DNA from: Lytechinus pictus
Taxonomy: Eukaryota
Direction of reading: 5' to 3'
DNA length: 64,000 nt
Assembly (NCBI RefSeq): GCF_037042905.1
Contig: NC_087249.1
Span: 28,644,001 to 28,708,000 of the forward strand
Positions within the stretch are counted from its first letter, which is position 1. Each line of letters starts with the position of its first letter. The position numbers and the translations under genes are program-made. Below, one piece after another: positions 54,593-64,000 of this stretch. The notes beneath the pieces are model-generated. The model made no database searches. It worked only from the letters and a program-made list of their open reading frames with translations, and was not told the origin of the DNA.

Positions 54593-54835
54593 CATTCTTT
54601 TGTCTCTCTTTGACCTTGCAGATTCCAATGACACTGTCATGTCCTTCTCCAGCTTGAACTGCGATGACAACCCTTGAGAACGAATGGTCTCTACTGTTTC
54701 ATTGGTTTCTTCAATCAGGTTCTTCAGCTTAACATCAATGATATTGAGGGCTTGCTGGAATTTATCCTCAGATGATTGCAATCTCGTGCTGTAATCTGAT
54801 TTATGCTGTTCACTGTTCTCTCCTAATTTTGAAAT
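54593..54835 (-). CDS. FAM81A: FAM81-like coding exon 5 (81 codons)
   Basis: tttttctacag|ATT...ATG|gtaagg, phase 0-0; ALNIIDVKLKNLIEE resembles FAM81A QLQLLDTKFKGTVEE. Confidence 0.9.
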
Positions 54836-55544
54836 CTGTAGAAAAAGAACAGTAAGAAATAGAATACTTAGCACGGAAACTAGATTTATACTTCCTACAG
54901 GTTCAAGGATGTAGCCAATAGCGAGTATGTATACAAGTCATGTGTTCATGCTTTAATTCCACTCAGTCTCCTAGCTGTGCATATTTTGTGCAGCACTGTG
55001 CATTTTGGGTGCATCATTTTACCCATAGCACGTAAGAACTGAGATGCCATCTGAAAAATGCGTTCTTCAAAGGAAAGGCTATAATTGGTGCCGGCGGCGC
55101 ACATACTAAAACGCCTGTGACGTCATAATAGCAAGCAGCAACAAGTGTGACCCCTCATCTTTGCGATCCCACATTATTTAAATGTGTGATGTTATGGACG
55201 TTGCAGGTACATGTGCAGATTTTTAAATGTGAGATGTTATGGACAATGCAGGCATCTTGGGTATTCACAAAAAACATGGTGTATAAGGCATGACAAGGTC
55301 TAGTAAATATTTTGGTGCCATACCATTTAAAACTTTCCAAGTGAGAAGAAGTAATTTAAATTCTTTACACTTCTGGATTGGCAACCAATGTTCCTTTGCA
55401 AGATATTTGTTATTCACCTTCTGTAAGACACATTGCTCCCAAGTCAAAAAGATTTCTGTGGTCCCAAGAGATTTGACTTACATGTAGGAAGAGTTACCTG
55501 TAGTAGACTTATTCTTTTGAATATTAAATCTTCAGCTGACATAC

Positions 55545-55674
55545 CTTTTCTTCTAGAATCTTCTCAGTTCTTGATTGGTTTGCTATGACTGTCTGCATCT
55601 GCATTGTCAGTGTACTGAAAGAGTCATACATCTTCCTCATATCTCCTGAGAGAACTGAGATGTTTGCATCACAT
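55545..55674 (-). CDS. FAM81A: FAM81-like coding exon 4 (130 nt; missed by ORF track)
   Basis: tttgttag|A TGT GAT GCA AAC...GAA AAG|gtatgt; CDANISVLSGD resembles FAM81A CDASIARLSAE; phase 2-0. Confidence 0.9.
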
Positions 55675-55740
55675 CTAACAAATGGAAAAGGGTGAAACAA
55701 AATGTATCAAAGCACAGTACTTAAAGGAGATGACCACTTT

Positions 55741-56009
55741 GTCGGCTGTCGTGGACGAATGGATAAGTCTCTAGATTGTGAACCACAAGGTCTGGGGTTC
55801 AAATCCCACTGCAGCACTCGCGTCCCTTGGCAAGGTGTCTATCTACACTTGCAACTCCCCACCCAGGTGTAGTAAATGGGTTCCCTGTTTGAAGAAATTC
55901 CTTCAATGCCCAGGCAATAATATTAGCTCGTAAGGCAGAGCCCACTGGAAGAGCAGTTTTCAGAACTGCAGTGGGTACCTTGATAAATATGATTATTACT
56001 ACTATTATT
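55741..56009 (+). mobile_element. tRNA-derived SINE
   Basis: gtggacgaatggataag; ggggttcaaatccc; core cacccaggtgtagtaaatggg; (ATT)n tail. Confidence 0.75.
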
Positions 56010-56430
56010 TATGTCATGATTCAGATTTTCCATATTTAGGATATTCTAATGCCAATATTTAAATAATTATACGAGCAAAAATAATGTAGATATGTGAAGT
56101 AATGACATGCCAATAACTGAGAATATGCATATAATATAAAAATATGAACAAAGTAAATGGTACAAAATTTAGGTAGATCATGATGAAAAATGAGGAACTA
56201 AAAAAAAAGTCACTTCTGCACCGCTAGTCCCTCATCAATTAAAATAAACCTTGTAGAAAGGAAGGTGTGACAATTTTATTCAATAAACAATCAATTATAT
56301 TGCCAATCCTGAAGATTACTTATTTCTTTGTGACCCCCATCCATGCTTTGTAAAAAAACGTTTTTGTTCCAGAAAGCATTCAAGGTATACTGTAGAAGGT
56401 AACTTGAGAAACTATTATTTGAACTTTTAC

Positions 56431-56549
56431 CTTGCTACACGAGACCGAAGATCATTGACTGAAGTAGCCTGTTGGACCTCGAGACTCCTCATCATTGTAT
56501 TGCTCATAACACTGGCTTGATCACGTCCACTCAGTTGGTTCTCTAAACT
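56431..56549 (-). CDS. FAM81A: FAM81-like coding exon 3 (119 nt; missed by ORF track)
   Basis: ttttgaacag|AGT...GCA AG|gtaaaa; SLENQLSGRDQASVMSNTMMRSLEVQQATSVNDLRSRVA(R) resembles the FAM81 DLRGRVARCD motif region; phase 0-2. Confidence 0.92.
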
Positions 56550-56843
56550 CTGTTCAAAAGGACAAAGTTTCAAATTTTAGAATGGACTTATTAAAATTTC
56601 CCTATACTAATTATTCTTAATTATTCAATAACCTTCACTCATATGTCAGACATTTCTGTAATAATGTAATTTCTGTATAATTTAAATCTATGTTATTAGA
56701 ACTTGCTAATGGTAATACATGAATTGATTGATGTTATTTACTTGAGTACAAGACTCTTCATTGTATTGCACAAATACAATGACCTAGTCATGTCCACTAA
56801 TGATATTGTCACACCAGTGAAACCATTCAAACCACCCATTCTG

Positions 56844-57108
56844 GGACCCCGTCTTACAAAGAGTTACGATTGATCCGATCAATCCTAATTCTATGGCAAT
56901 CCAGTATTGTCATAATATTTTCTACAAGAAATTAAAAAAATGTCCTTTGTACACAAAAAGAAGCACACTGAATTTTCAAGAAACCATGGATGTTTGAATA
57001 CATAATTATAAATATTTTGAAAAAACATGTATTTTCAGATGTTGACATTTCTGGCTTTCCATAGTTGTGATTGATTGGATCAATTGCAACTCTTTGTAAG
57101 ACGGGGCC
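56844..57108. mobile_element. Harbinger-like MITE with CWG flanks
   Basis: ctg|ggaccccgtcttacaaagagtt ... aactctttgtaagacggggcc|cag. Confidence 0.8.
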
Positions 57109-57372
57109 CAGGAGTTTGTTTTGTTGGTGCCACGAACATATAAGCTTGTTCTATGAATTCTGAGAGCAAGATATCAACACCAAACTAATCAAAATCAACA
57201 GACTTGAATGCTTGCAAGATAGATACAAGGGATTAACTTTTAATAAACAATGAAGTAGAAAATGGATTCATAATTTGAAAATGAAACTTCTTTGTACTGA
57301 TACATCTTTCATTGTATTCGATCATCATACTCATCACTGTAATCAAATCAAGTGAACAGAGAACTGACTGAC

Positions 57373-57573
57373 CTCAATGTCATGACCTAGAGTTTTCACA
57401 GCCGAGGTGACGGCATGAAGATGTTCCTGCAACAGCGCCCTCATGTGGCGATCATGCCACATGTCATGATACCCATCATCCTCCACCATACGAGATACAA
57501 TGGCATCCTTCAACTCAGAGGCACGCTCTATCAGCATTCGAGAATTCCTGGAATTGCTTCTCGATGGGGAATC
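57373..57573 (-). CDS. FAM81A: FAM81-like coding exon 2 (67 codons)
   Basis: ttttaaacag|GAT...GAG|gtcagt, phase 0-0; LLQEHLHAVTSAVKTLGHDIE resembles the corresponding FAM81 segment. Confidence 0.9.
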
Positions 57574-57993
57574 CTGTTTAAAACATATGTGTTCAGAAAT
57601 TACTGTAAGAAACAATCACAAATTTTGCAGCTAAATGACAACAGAAAAGTATCGCTTCCTAATAACAAGTTTACCATCATGAAATAAATTCTTATGAATT
57701 TTCTCTTATAAAGTACATGTACATCTAATTGCAAAATATGTTAAGAATACATGAAGAAAAATAAAAAAGGGAGAATTTAGATAAAGAATGCAAGTGAAAT
57801 TTTGAAAAGTATTCTGTTAACCTTTATTTATATTCACAATTAATACTTATAGCTGCCATGATAAATGTACTTCAATGTGCTACAAATCTAATCCAGTATA
57901 TAAATCAATAACATTACAATGTTGCCTTTTGAAAAAAAAGCTCAAATGATTTCGTAAATAAGGAATAAAAGTATGGAATGAATTATAACTGAC

Positions 57994-58062
57994 CTGGATG
58001 CTGTCATGTGGTCTTGGGACATTACCCCAGTTTCCTTGTAGAGGGGGTAATCGGCTAGCCAT
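57994..58062 (-). CDS. FAM81A: FAM81-like coding exon 1 (MASRLPPLQGNWGNVPRPHDSIQ)
   Basis: ATG at 58062; CAG|gtcagt donor in phase 0 matches the next exon; total 366 aa, similar to vertebrate FAM81A; likely acceptor AG at 58085-58084 implies an upstream UTR exon. Confidence 0.7.
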
Positions 58063-58329
58063 TATGTCAGTTTAACTAAATATCTGAGCAAGAATTTGCT
58101 TTCAACTTTCAGTTGCTGCTGGATTTGAGTTGTTATTCATAGTGAGATGTTTACATTGTCAGTCTAGAACCGAGTAGGTTCCCTCTAGCTACATTCCAGA
58201 TCCTTTTCCTGTTGGAGAAAAAAGAATATATATTTTTATATTATTCAATGTTTGTTTTCATTCATGTTTTCTGTTTTTGGAAAAATTATTATTTGGGTCT
58301 TGATGTTGGGTCAACATTTCATAAGGAAC

Positions 58330-58462
58330 GGTTTTCAAAGGGGGGGGGGGGGCTGACCATGCAAAAAATATCACAATCCTATGGTCATTTTTACGTTTTT
58401 GTACACGATTTTGGAAAAAGGTAGGGGGCTGAAGTCCCCCCCCCCAGCTTCCGCGGCCCCTG
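58330..58462. mobile_element. hAT-like MITE fragment
   Basis: gggggctg.ccatgcaaaaaat..caatc..atggt.attttacgtttttgtac shared with 36890-37030; ends gcggcccctg. Confidence 0.6.
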
Positions 58463-58505
58463 TAATATTACCCAAAGGTTTTTTTTCCTTGTCACATTGC
58501 ATTGG

Positions 58506-58813
58506 GAAACTGTCCCCATCCCCTTGTTGAACGAGCACGACTTTATGTTGTGAGGGGATGGTATCACGAGTATAATATACTGTTGGAGCTATCCCCACTG
58601 CGTGCCAAACGAAATGTGTATCCCATAGCGTGGGGATTGTATCACGAGTATAGCTATACTGTTGGAACTGTCCCCACTGCGTGCAAAGTGAACTGTGTAT
58701 CCCATAGCATGGGGACTGCATCACGAGTATATCTATACTGTTGAAACTGTCCCCACCGTCGTGAAAATCAAACTTGATTTCCCGTTGAGTGGGGACTGTA
58801 TCACGAGTATATA
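58506..58813. repeat. ~79-bp minisatellite, about 4 units
   Basis: gggga(c/t)tgtatcacgagtata at 58554, 58632, 58711 and 58791. Confidence 0.85.
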
Positions 58814-59901
58814 ATAGGGAGAGAACCCAAGTGTATATATACAGTGTGTGTTTCATTTGTGTGTGTTATCGTTTTGCAAGCTATAGCCTATAGAGCTGTG
58901 CGAGAGTTGGGGACTGTGTTCTGGAGAAAGGAAGTGATTTTCATGCGTTCTGGTAGGTGTGATTCTAATGATCCCCATTTTTGGATTTGGGACTATATCA
59001 CGATTATGCCAAAAACTCCTTGAAACAGACGGCTGCCAGCTGTAGTCCTAAGGCCTGTTGCATGAAAGGGTCTTTCGTAGAACCGTTCTACGTAAGAACA
59101 AGATATCGCTCAACTGTTTCACAAAGCCGATTTGGGCGATACGAAGAATGGTCCTTGGAAAGACACCTCCAGACATGTCCTACGTAGCAAGCCACACTGA
59201 CATATCACCTTTAAACATTTTTTGGGGGTCATTCGAGTGGACTCTTATGCATTTTATCTGGGATGGCGCCAAATTATTTTTTTATATGAGGGTATATTTT
59301 CAGGTCGTCGGGCACGGATGTCATTTTAACTTCTCCGGGGTAATCTATATAGGCCCAAATAATTTTTTAATATGTTTTCTTTTATTCTCCCTCCTGTCTT
59401 TTCCCCCTCCTGTCTTTTCCCCACCCCTTTTCCAGTTTTTTTTTTCAATTAAACTTGAAACATCTAAATGGGCGGCAATCTCTCTCATTATGATACGTTC
59501 AGCAAAAAAAAAAAACATGATACAAAGCTAAGATGTTACTAAACATGCTAAATCATTTCTTTATTTCATTTTCATAATGACAATTATTATTATTTTTTTG
59601 CTGAGATTACTATTAATCAATGAAAATTAATTGATGGATTTGTGCTAACTTGAGATGATGAATGAAACAAAACAAATCTGCAGTAACAAAATAGCTAATT
59701 GAATTTAAGATATAGATTAGGCCTAATGGCTTACGAATCCATCACAATTGCAATCATTACAAATAAAGATAAGGTTCATTGTACCAATAAAAGAAAAGAT
59801 AATCGCTAGAGGGTATTCATTTGTCTCGCAATCTACTATGGTCAACAAGGAAATTTGTGATCACTCTCGCAAAAAGTGTTCACTAGCTTACAAGTTCACG
59901 A

Positions 59902-60988
59902 GCAATGGGTAGCCCAGTCTCAGCGGTTGTGGCTAACCTATATATGGAAGGTTTTGAACAGAACGCCTTGCCCAAGTGTCCTTCCACATGCCGCCCTCGG
60001 GTGTGGAAGAGATGTCGATGACACTTTCATAATTGTAAATAGTTCTGAAACAGACAGCCTACTCGCATGCATGAATAGCCAGCAACCGTCCATCCAGTTC
60101 ACTCTGGAGAATGAGCAAGGAGGGAAATTAGCATTCCTTGACAAGCTAGTCCAAAGACACGAGGGCGGGAAACTCTCCACCTCTGTCTACTGCAAGCCCA
60201 CTCATACAGACAAATACATACCATATGATTCTCATCACAACAAATCAGTCAAGAAGGGTCTTGTTAAATGCCTGTTCGACAGAGCAGCACGTATTATAAC
60301 TCACCCACCTGAACTCCCGAAAGAAAGAGCACACATACGTGGCGCCTTATACAGCAACGGCTACCCACGCCGTTTTATCGAGAACACTTTCAAGAAGAAA
60401 CATCCGCCAAGGGATCAGAAGGTTTTCAAGACTTGCACAGTCTTGCCATACATAGATGGTCTTTCACCACAACTCAACGCCGATTAGAAGGTCACGATAT
60501 CCGAACGGTTTTCCGCTCGGACACCACCCTACACAAACAGCTTGTACACCCCAAAGACCCCTGATCACAGACGTGATGGCGTAGTAATACAACATTCCTT
60601 GCCAGGGATGTGACGGGTCTTACATCGGTGAAACAGCGCGACCGATAGTTGAACGCATTTCTGAACACAAGCGCGATGTTCGCGGTTACAGCGAATCGAC
60701 ACATCCGCGGTGGCAGAACATGCTTGGGAGAAGCAACACCACCCAGATTGGGAGGGTGTACATTGCGTTGCCAAAGAGAGACATTGGTATACACGCAGGA
60801 TTAAGGAGGCTGTTAGTATACGTCTTTATCCTAATAACTTCAACAGAGACAGCGGGATCGACATCCCCGATTTCTGGATGCGAACCATCCGACAGCACAA
60901 TACCCCCTCACCTGGCAGTGCACGCCGACCCGATCGTTCCCGAGCGAGGGACCACTCAGCTAGTCAACCCCTACCCACGGGAAACTAG
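59902..60988 (+). pseudogene. Disrupted Penelope-type reverse transcriptase and GIY-YIG endonuclease ORF
   Basis: AMGSPVSAVVANLYME; frameshift at (Y)VDDTF; FTLENE..LAFLD; VYCKPTHTDKY..YDSHH; NGYP; VV-YNIPCQGCDGSYIGET; AVAEH; KEA..I..FNRDSG; several frameshifts and a stop. Confidence 0.92.
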
Positions 60989-61213
60989 CGAGCCCGCCAA
61001 TTTTATCTTATTTGCATATTGCCGACTCGCGACGGATTTGCATATACCTCAGGCTTATTTGCATATACAGATCACCGGCCGCACCGTACATAGACGCACT
61101 GATTGGTGAAACGCCCGACCAATCACACAACGGATCAGTACCCACCTATTGTTCCCGCGTTTTTGTTTACGGTCCTGGGGATTGGTATAAATAGACTACG
61201 TTATCAGATAATT

Positions 61214-61259
61214 TTCGTCTCTTGATAAAGAGTTGCAGCGGCACTCGAAAGCTCGTGAA
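61214..61259 (+). ncRNA. Hammerhead-like motif with U3-A8 core variant in the Penelope pLTR
   Basis: TTGATAA-A-GAG(T)TGC-AGCG-GCACTC-GAAA-GC-TC: stem II intact, palindromic AGCT in place of stem III, stem I weak. Confidence 0.6.
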
Positions 61260-62549
61260 CTTGTAAGCTAGTGAACACTTTTTGCGAGAGTGATCACGAA
61301 TTTCCTAGAAAGCTAGTGAACACTTTTTGCGAGAGTGATCACAAATTTCCTTGTTGACCATAGTAGATTGCGAGACAAATGAATACCCTCTAGCGATTAT
61401 TTCAGTCCGCAATAATGAACCTATTTAGTAAAAGAAAAGATTATGGAAAGTCCACACGAAGAGGCGCATTGTAAATCGTAGGGTAGGCCCTATCGTCCCC
61501 TATGTCATGTTAAAGCAATAATGTAGTCTCGACTCCTTAACCCCGAAATGTTGAACATATATATTTTTTATATTCTTAAAGCTTATATTCTTATATAAAC
61601 TTCCATAAAGTTATCAACTTTAAATATGAGCGACGTTTATGATCGTTGTCATTTCTAGCATTATTGTATTTTTTTTTCCATTGCGGATTGATTTCACACA
61701 TTTTTCTATGTTTTATTATTGCAAAGCACTACTTTACCCACTTGGACATGTTTGCAGATATGTTCATATGTTTCTTGTCTTCGATTACTCATCATGAAAA
61801 GGTATGTTTATACTCTAAACACTCACATTTATATTTCTTGCGTGATATCTGATGAATAAAATAAATAAATTCGATTTTTCACACGCAGCCTCTCATATTT
61901 TCCTTTTTAGTCTAATACAATCAGACACGTTGATTTTGTTTACTCCATTCAAACCCCATTTTTACATCAACAAATAGCATTTAAAGCATACTTTGCAAAA
62001 TTATCACTTTAGATAAGTATTCTATAAAAAATCAGAATATTGAAATACAATGCCGAAATTACTTAGTTACTTCAATTTTTATTTTCGGACAAGGGTCTCT
62101 TTCGTTGGAATATCAATGAAAGGTGTCCTTTAAAGGGCACCGTGTTCTAGATAGAGGAAATAATGAAAATTTCGATTTTATCCAGGTATGTTTGTGAATC
62201 TTCAATTTTTGTTCTCCTTTTACCTCATAAAGTAAGCTCCATACATCATTTCTACTATCGGTAATAAACAACAAATTATTTGACCTCTGGCTCCATTAAT
62301 TGAAATAATTGATTTTATGAAAAGTCGTCATTTCGAAATAAAGGTTCAGGTGACGATGAAGACTAAATATTTTTCCGATTAATAATAATATCGATATCAA
62401 ACAATGACAATGTTGCGGACTTGGAAGACAAGATTGCCTTCGTGAAACGGAAAGCGCTGATTTGTCGCCAATCTTCCTATCTCGGAAGAATGGTCCTAGC
62501 CCTAGGACGTTCCTACGTATCGCTCATCTCGTCGTGCAACAGGCCCCAG

Positions 62550-62900
62550 GGGACGATTGCACGAAAGGGTCTTTGCAAGGACCGTCGTGTCGCCCATCTT
62601 TTATGATACACCATGTGAAACGCATGATTTCAAATAAATTATCTGCAAATATATTTTATTTGTCCGTTGAATAAACAAAAATATTTTTTAATAAGCTAGC
62701 TTTTAAATCAAATTTTATACAATTTCATGAGATATCACTGTCTGATATCTCATGAAATTGTATAAAATTTGATTTAAAAGCTAGCTTACGAATTTTATTT
62801 GTTTATCATAAATTTCAGAAACACCCCGCTTATAGCGCATCATAAAAGATGGGCGACACGAAAGACAGTCCTTGGAAAGACCCTTTCGTGCAATCGGCCC
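62550..62900. mobile_element. Harbinger-like fold-back MITE
   Basis: ~55-bp TIRs cgattgcacgaaagggtcttt...cgtgtcgcccatcttttatgat / atcataaaagatgggcgacacg...aaagaccctttcgtgcaatcg; perfect central palindrome. Confidence 0.85.
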
Positions 62901-63213
62901 ATGCCATGGCCATGGTTATCTTTGCGTGGACCACCCGAGAACGAGGCGACCTCGTCCTCCCACCGTCGCCTCGCTGGCCCCGGCAGATGTCCGTCCCGAT
63001 CCCGATGGTACGACGCGCCCATTTTGTCGCCGGACAGCCGACCAACAACTGTCTTAGCTTGTCACCGGAAAACATCCCCAAAACACATTCAAGCTCACCG
63101 CACATCACGCTAAAAGTATAAATACACTAAATTCTCATACATTAACACTTATTAACAAGAAATAACCTTTCTTGACCTGTTATCCCTTGACTTTAACTGA
63201 ACCGCAAGTCGTA

Positions 63214-63227
63214 GTCTCCATGAAAAC
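63214..63227. promoter_or_regulatory. RFX X-box-like motif in the putative FAM81 promoter
   Basis: GTCTCCATGAAAAC resembles GTYNCCATGGNAAC; just upstream (minus sense) of a strong GCG|GTGAGC donor at 63098. Confidence 0.4.
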
Positions 63228-63332
63228 GAAACAATATACGGTACGGTACCAAACTACCAAGCCGACGAGGAGGTAAAATCAAAGGAAAATATTTCGTTTG
63301 CCTCTTCAGGCTCTCAATGTAGTAGACTCATG

Positions 63333-64000
63333 CAGTGGCGTAACAGGCGGGGGGGCAGGGGGGGCAAGTTGCCCCCCCTGGCGGATTTCACCGGGAAAAT
63401 AAAAGAAAAACGGGAAAAAGAAAAAAAAGGAGGGAGAAAGAAAGGGAAAAGGGAAGGAAAGGGGAAAAGGAAAGGAGGAAAGGGAAAAGTGAAAAGAAAA
63501 CGAAGAAAAAACTTTTTTTTAATGGGAAAGGAAGGAAAGCGGGAAAATGTACGAAAGAAGAACATTTGAGAAAGAACAAATCATTGAGAAATAGGCCTAT
63601 GTAATGCAATAGCACGGTGGGAAATGAATTTAAAGATGGCAAAATGGCAAACAATAGCGGGAAACGAAGGTAGAATATAATTATTCAAAAGCTAAATTGG
63701 AAAACAAAGAAAAGGGACAAGAAAAAAAAAAAACAATAACACGACCGGGCTGCCGATGATTGAAATTAAAGAGCGGGAAGAAAGATGGACTGCATACAAC
63801 ATTGTGCTATAAGCTTGCTAAATTTTATGCGAATAAGCTACCGGGGCTTTGCCCCAGACCCCACGCAGTAAGGGGGCTCTTCATCTATAACCTTCAAATG
63901 GCTCTATAACGCCCCTGTTCAATCACGTTCAATCACTAGCATACAGGAGGAGGGGGGGTCGTGGTTTCACACCCAAGAGGAAATAAAAAAATTATAGGAG
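63333..64000. mobile_element. Left part of an hAT-like element with purine-rich tract (cut by window end)
   Basis: Starts cagtggcgtaacaggcgggggggcaggggg...gccccccc; (GA/AAAG)-rich tract 63395-63560. Confidence 0.65.

Larger units (their letters stand above)
59801..61428 (+). mobile_element. 5'-truncated Penelope-like retroelement with inverted 5' pLTR copy
   Basis: RT and GIY-YIG remnants; 3' pLTR with CCAAT boxes and TATAAATA (61186-61193); 59799-59903 is the reverse complement of 61251-61400 minus a 45-bp duplication; TSD taaaagaaaagat (59788-59800 / 61429-61441). Confidence 0.92.

Noticed and set aside
53029-57687. Plus-strand ORFs 53029..53325 and 57415..57687
   Set aside because: Antisense shadows of FAM81 exons.
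58506-58813. CRISPR-like repeat-spacer array
   Set aside because: The spacer-like parts are related to each other, the context is eukaryotic and there are no cas genes; it is a minisatellite.
59876-60988. Active retroelement ORF
   Set aside because: 5'-truncated, frameshifted at the YVDD motif and in the endonuclease, with an internal stop.
62799-63121. Overlapping GC-rich ORFs
   Set aside because: They run into MITE TIR sequence, have no recognisable domain, and are explained by local GC content.
63314-63654. K/R-rich and F/P-rich ORFs
   Set aside because: Translation of a purine-rich low-complexity tract within a transposon.

Overview
AT-rich, intron- and repeat-rich animal genomic DNA, not prokaryotic. 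The repeat repertoire suggests an echinoderm such as a sea urchin (inference). Two spliced genes lie on the minus strand. (1) A complete FAM81A/B-like coiled-coil gene of six coding exons (58062->53004, 366 aa) with canonical GT-AG junctions and consistent phases. (2) The 5' start of an unc-13/Munc13 gene that the ORF track misses: a 22-nt coding exon 1 (MSLLCVC, 41979-42000) and a 30-nt exon 2 (VKAAYLDGPP, 14762-14791), separated by a ~27 kb intron; exon 3 lies beyond the left edge. Most listed ORFs are spurious. The rest is non-autonomous DNA transposons (Harbinger-, hAT-, Kolobok- and Helentron/HINE-like, often nested), tRNA-derived SINEs, microsatellites and a 301-N gap. The main highlight is three different hammerhead-ribozyme (HHR) motifs tied to Penelope-like elements (PLEs): one at the apex of a near-perfect 276-bp fold-back in a FAM81 intron, a U3-A8 core variant in a decayed RT/GIY-YIG element, and a mutated one upstream of unc-13. 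Also notable are TA->TACATGTA excision-like footprints visible by comparing repeat copies, and three ATGA-coupled uORFs ahead of the unc-13 start codon. Coordinates were counted by hand and family assignments come from recall, not database searches.
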